DNA of 64,000 nucleotides from Obrimoposthia wandeli (Eukaryota): NCBI GenBank assembly GCA_977020255.1, contig CDROCS010006380.1, positions 124,001 to 188,000 of the forward strand, read 5' to 3'. Shown piece by piece: positions 63,698 to 64,000 of this stretch (position 1 is its first letter; each line of letters starts with the position of its first letter). The notes under the pieces were generated by a model. It saw only the letters and a program-made list of their open reading frames with translations, ran no database searches and was not told where the DNA came from. The position numbers and the translations under genes were made by a program.

Positions 63698-64000
63698 ATT
63701 GATTCAAGTATAATCGATGCGTATAGTAAACCGATGCAAGGAGGTGATTTGCCTTATTTTGCGGGAAAACAGTATGGATCAGGATGGATAAAGGTTTTTG
63801 CTCGCTTTGCTTTCCCACTACTCAAGCGACTCGGGAAATTTATTGCTAATGTTGGAGCAAAATACTTGTCAAGTGATGAGAAATTTCTTCCCACACTAAA
63901 GGATGCAGCCTTAGATCAGGTGAATGAAATTTCACCAAGTCTAGCTGAATATTTGAAAAAGAAAACTCAAAAGGGAAGTGGTTATAAACGTAAGAAAACA
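63695..64000 (+). CDS. pX-like small core protein (E3), runs off window end
   Basis: MIDSSIIDAYSKPMQGGDLPYFAGKQYGSGWIKVFARF..QKGSGYKRKK. Confidence 0.85.
   Translation, partial: MIDSSIIDAYSKPMQGGDLPYFAGKQYGSGWIKVFARFAFPLLKRLGKFIANVGAKYLSSDEKFLPTLKDAALDQVNEISPSLAEYLKKKTQKGSGYKRKKT

Larger units (their letters stand above)
55230..64000 (+). mobile_element. Maverick/Polinton (adintovirus-like) element E3, left part; continues past window end
   Basis: Terminus agtaggaagatgtg, repeat-rich terminal region to about 55720, accessory genes, then ATPase-core-integrase-minor capsid-pX-like. Confidence 0.95.

Overview
AT-rich animal (invertebrate-like, species not identifiable) genomic DNA. The + strand carries the 3' half of a divergent MYCBP2 (PHR/Highwire/RPM-1) E3 ligase gene. 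I resolve 21 exons (15..38024, about 1782 codons) with GT-AG junctions and a consistent reading phase throughout; they encode the DOC, B-box, RING-H2 and tandem-cysteine domains. The window also holds four separate Maverick/Polinton (adintovirus-like) endogenous virus insertions. E1 (10584-16401) and E1b (18160-23001) have TIRs and 6-bp TSDs, E2 (28455-~36330) is a rearranged derivative with a nested Tigger, and E3 (55230 to past the window end) is the best-preserved copy. Besides the core genes (packaging ATPase, rve integrase with chromodomain, minor and major capsid, core proteins), these elements carry an unusual accessory module: a BIR-RING IAP, a TBP-fold protein whose gene has a 38-39 nt spliceosomal intron at the same codon in two divergent copies, and a STYX-like dual-specificity pseudophosphatase. 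Several accessory genes sit behind TATATAAG boxes. The remainder is DNA-transposon debris (Tigger, mariner, hAT), many micro- and minisatellites, a CCT7-like fragment and one N gap. All protein assignments come from motif recognition by eye; no database search was run.
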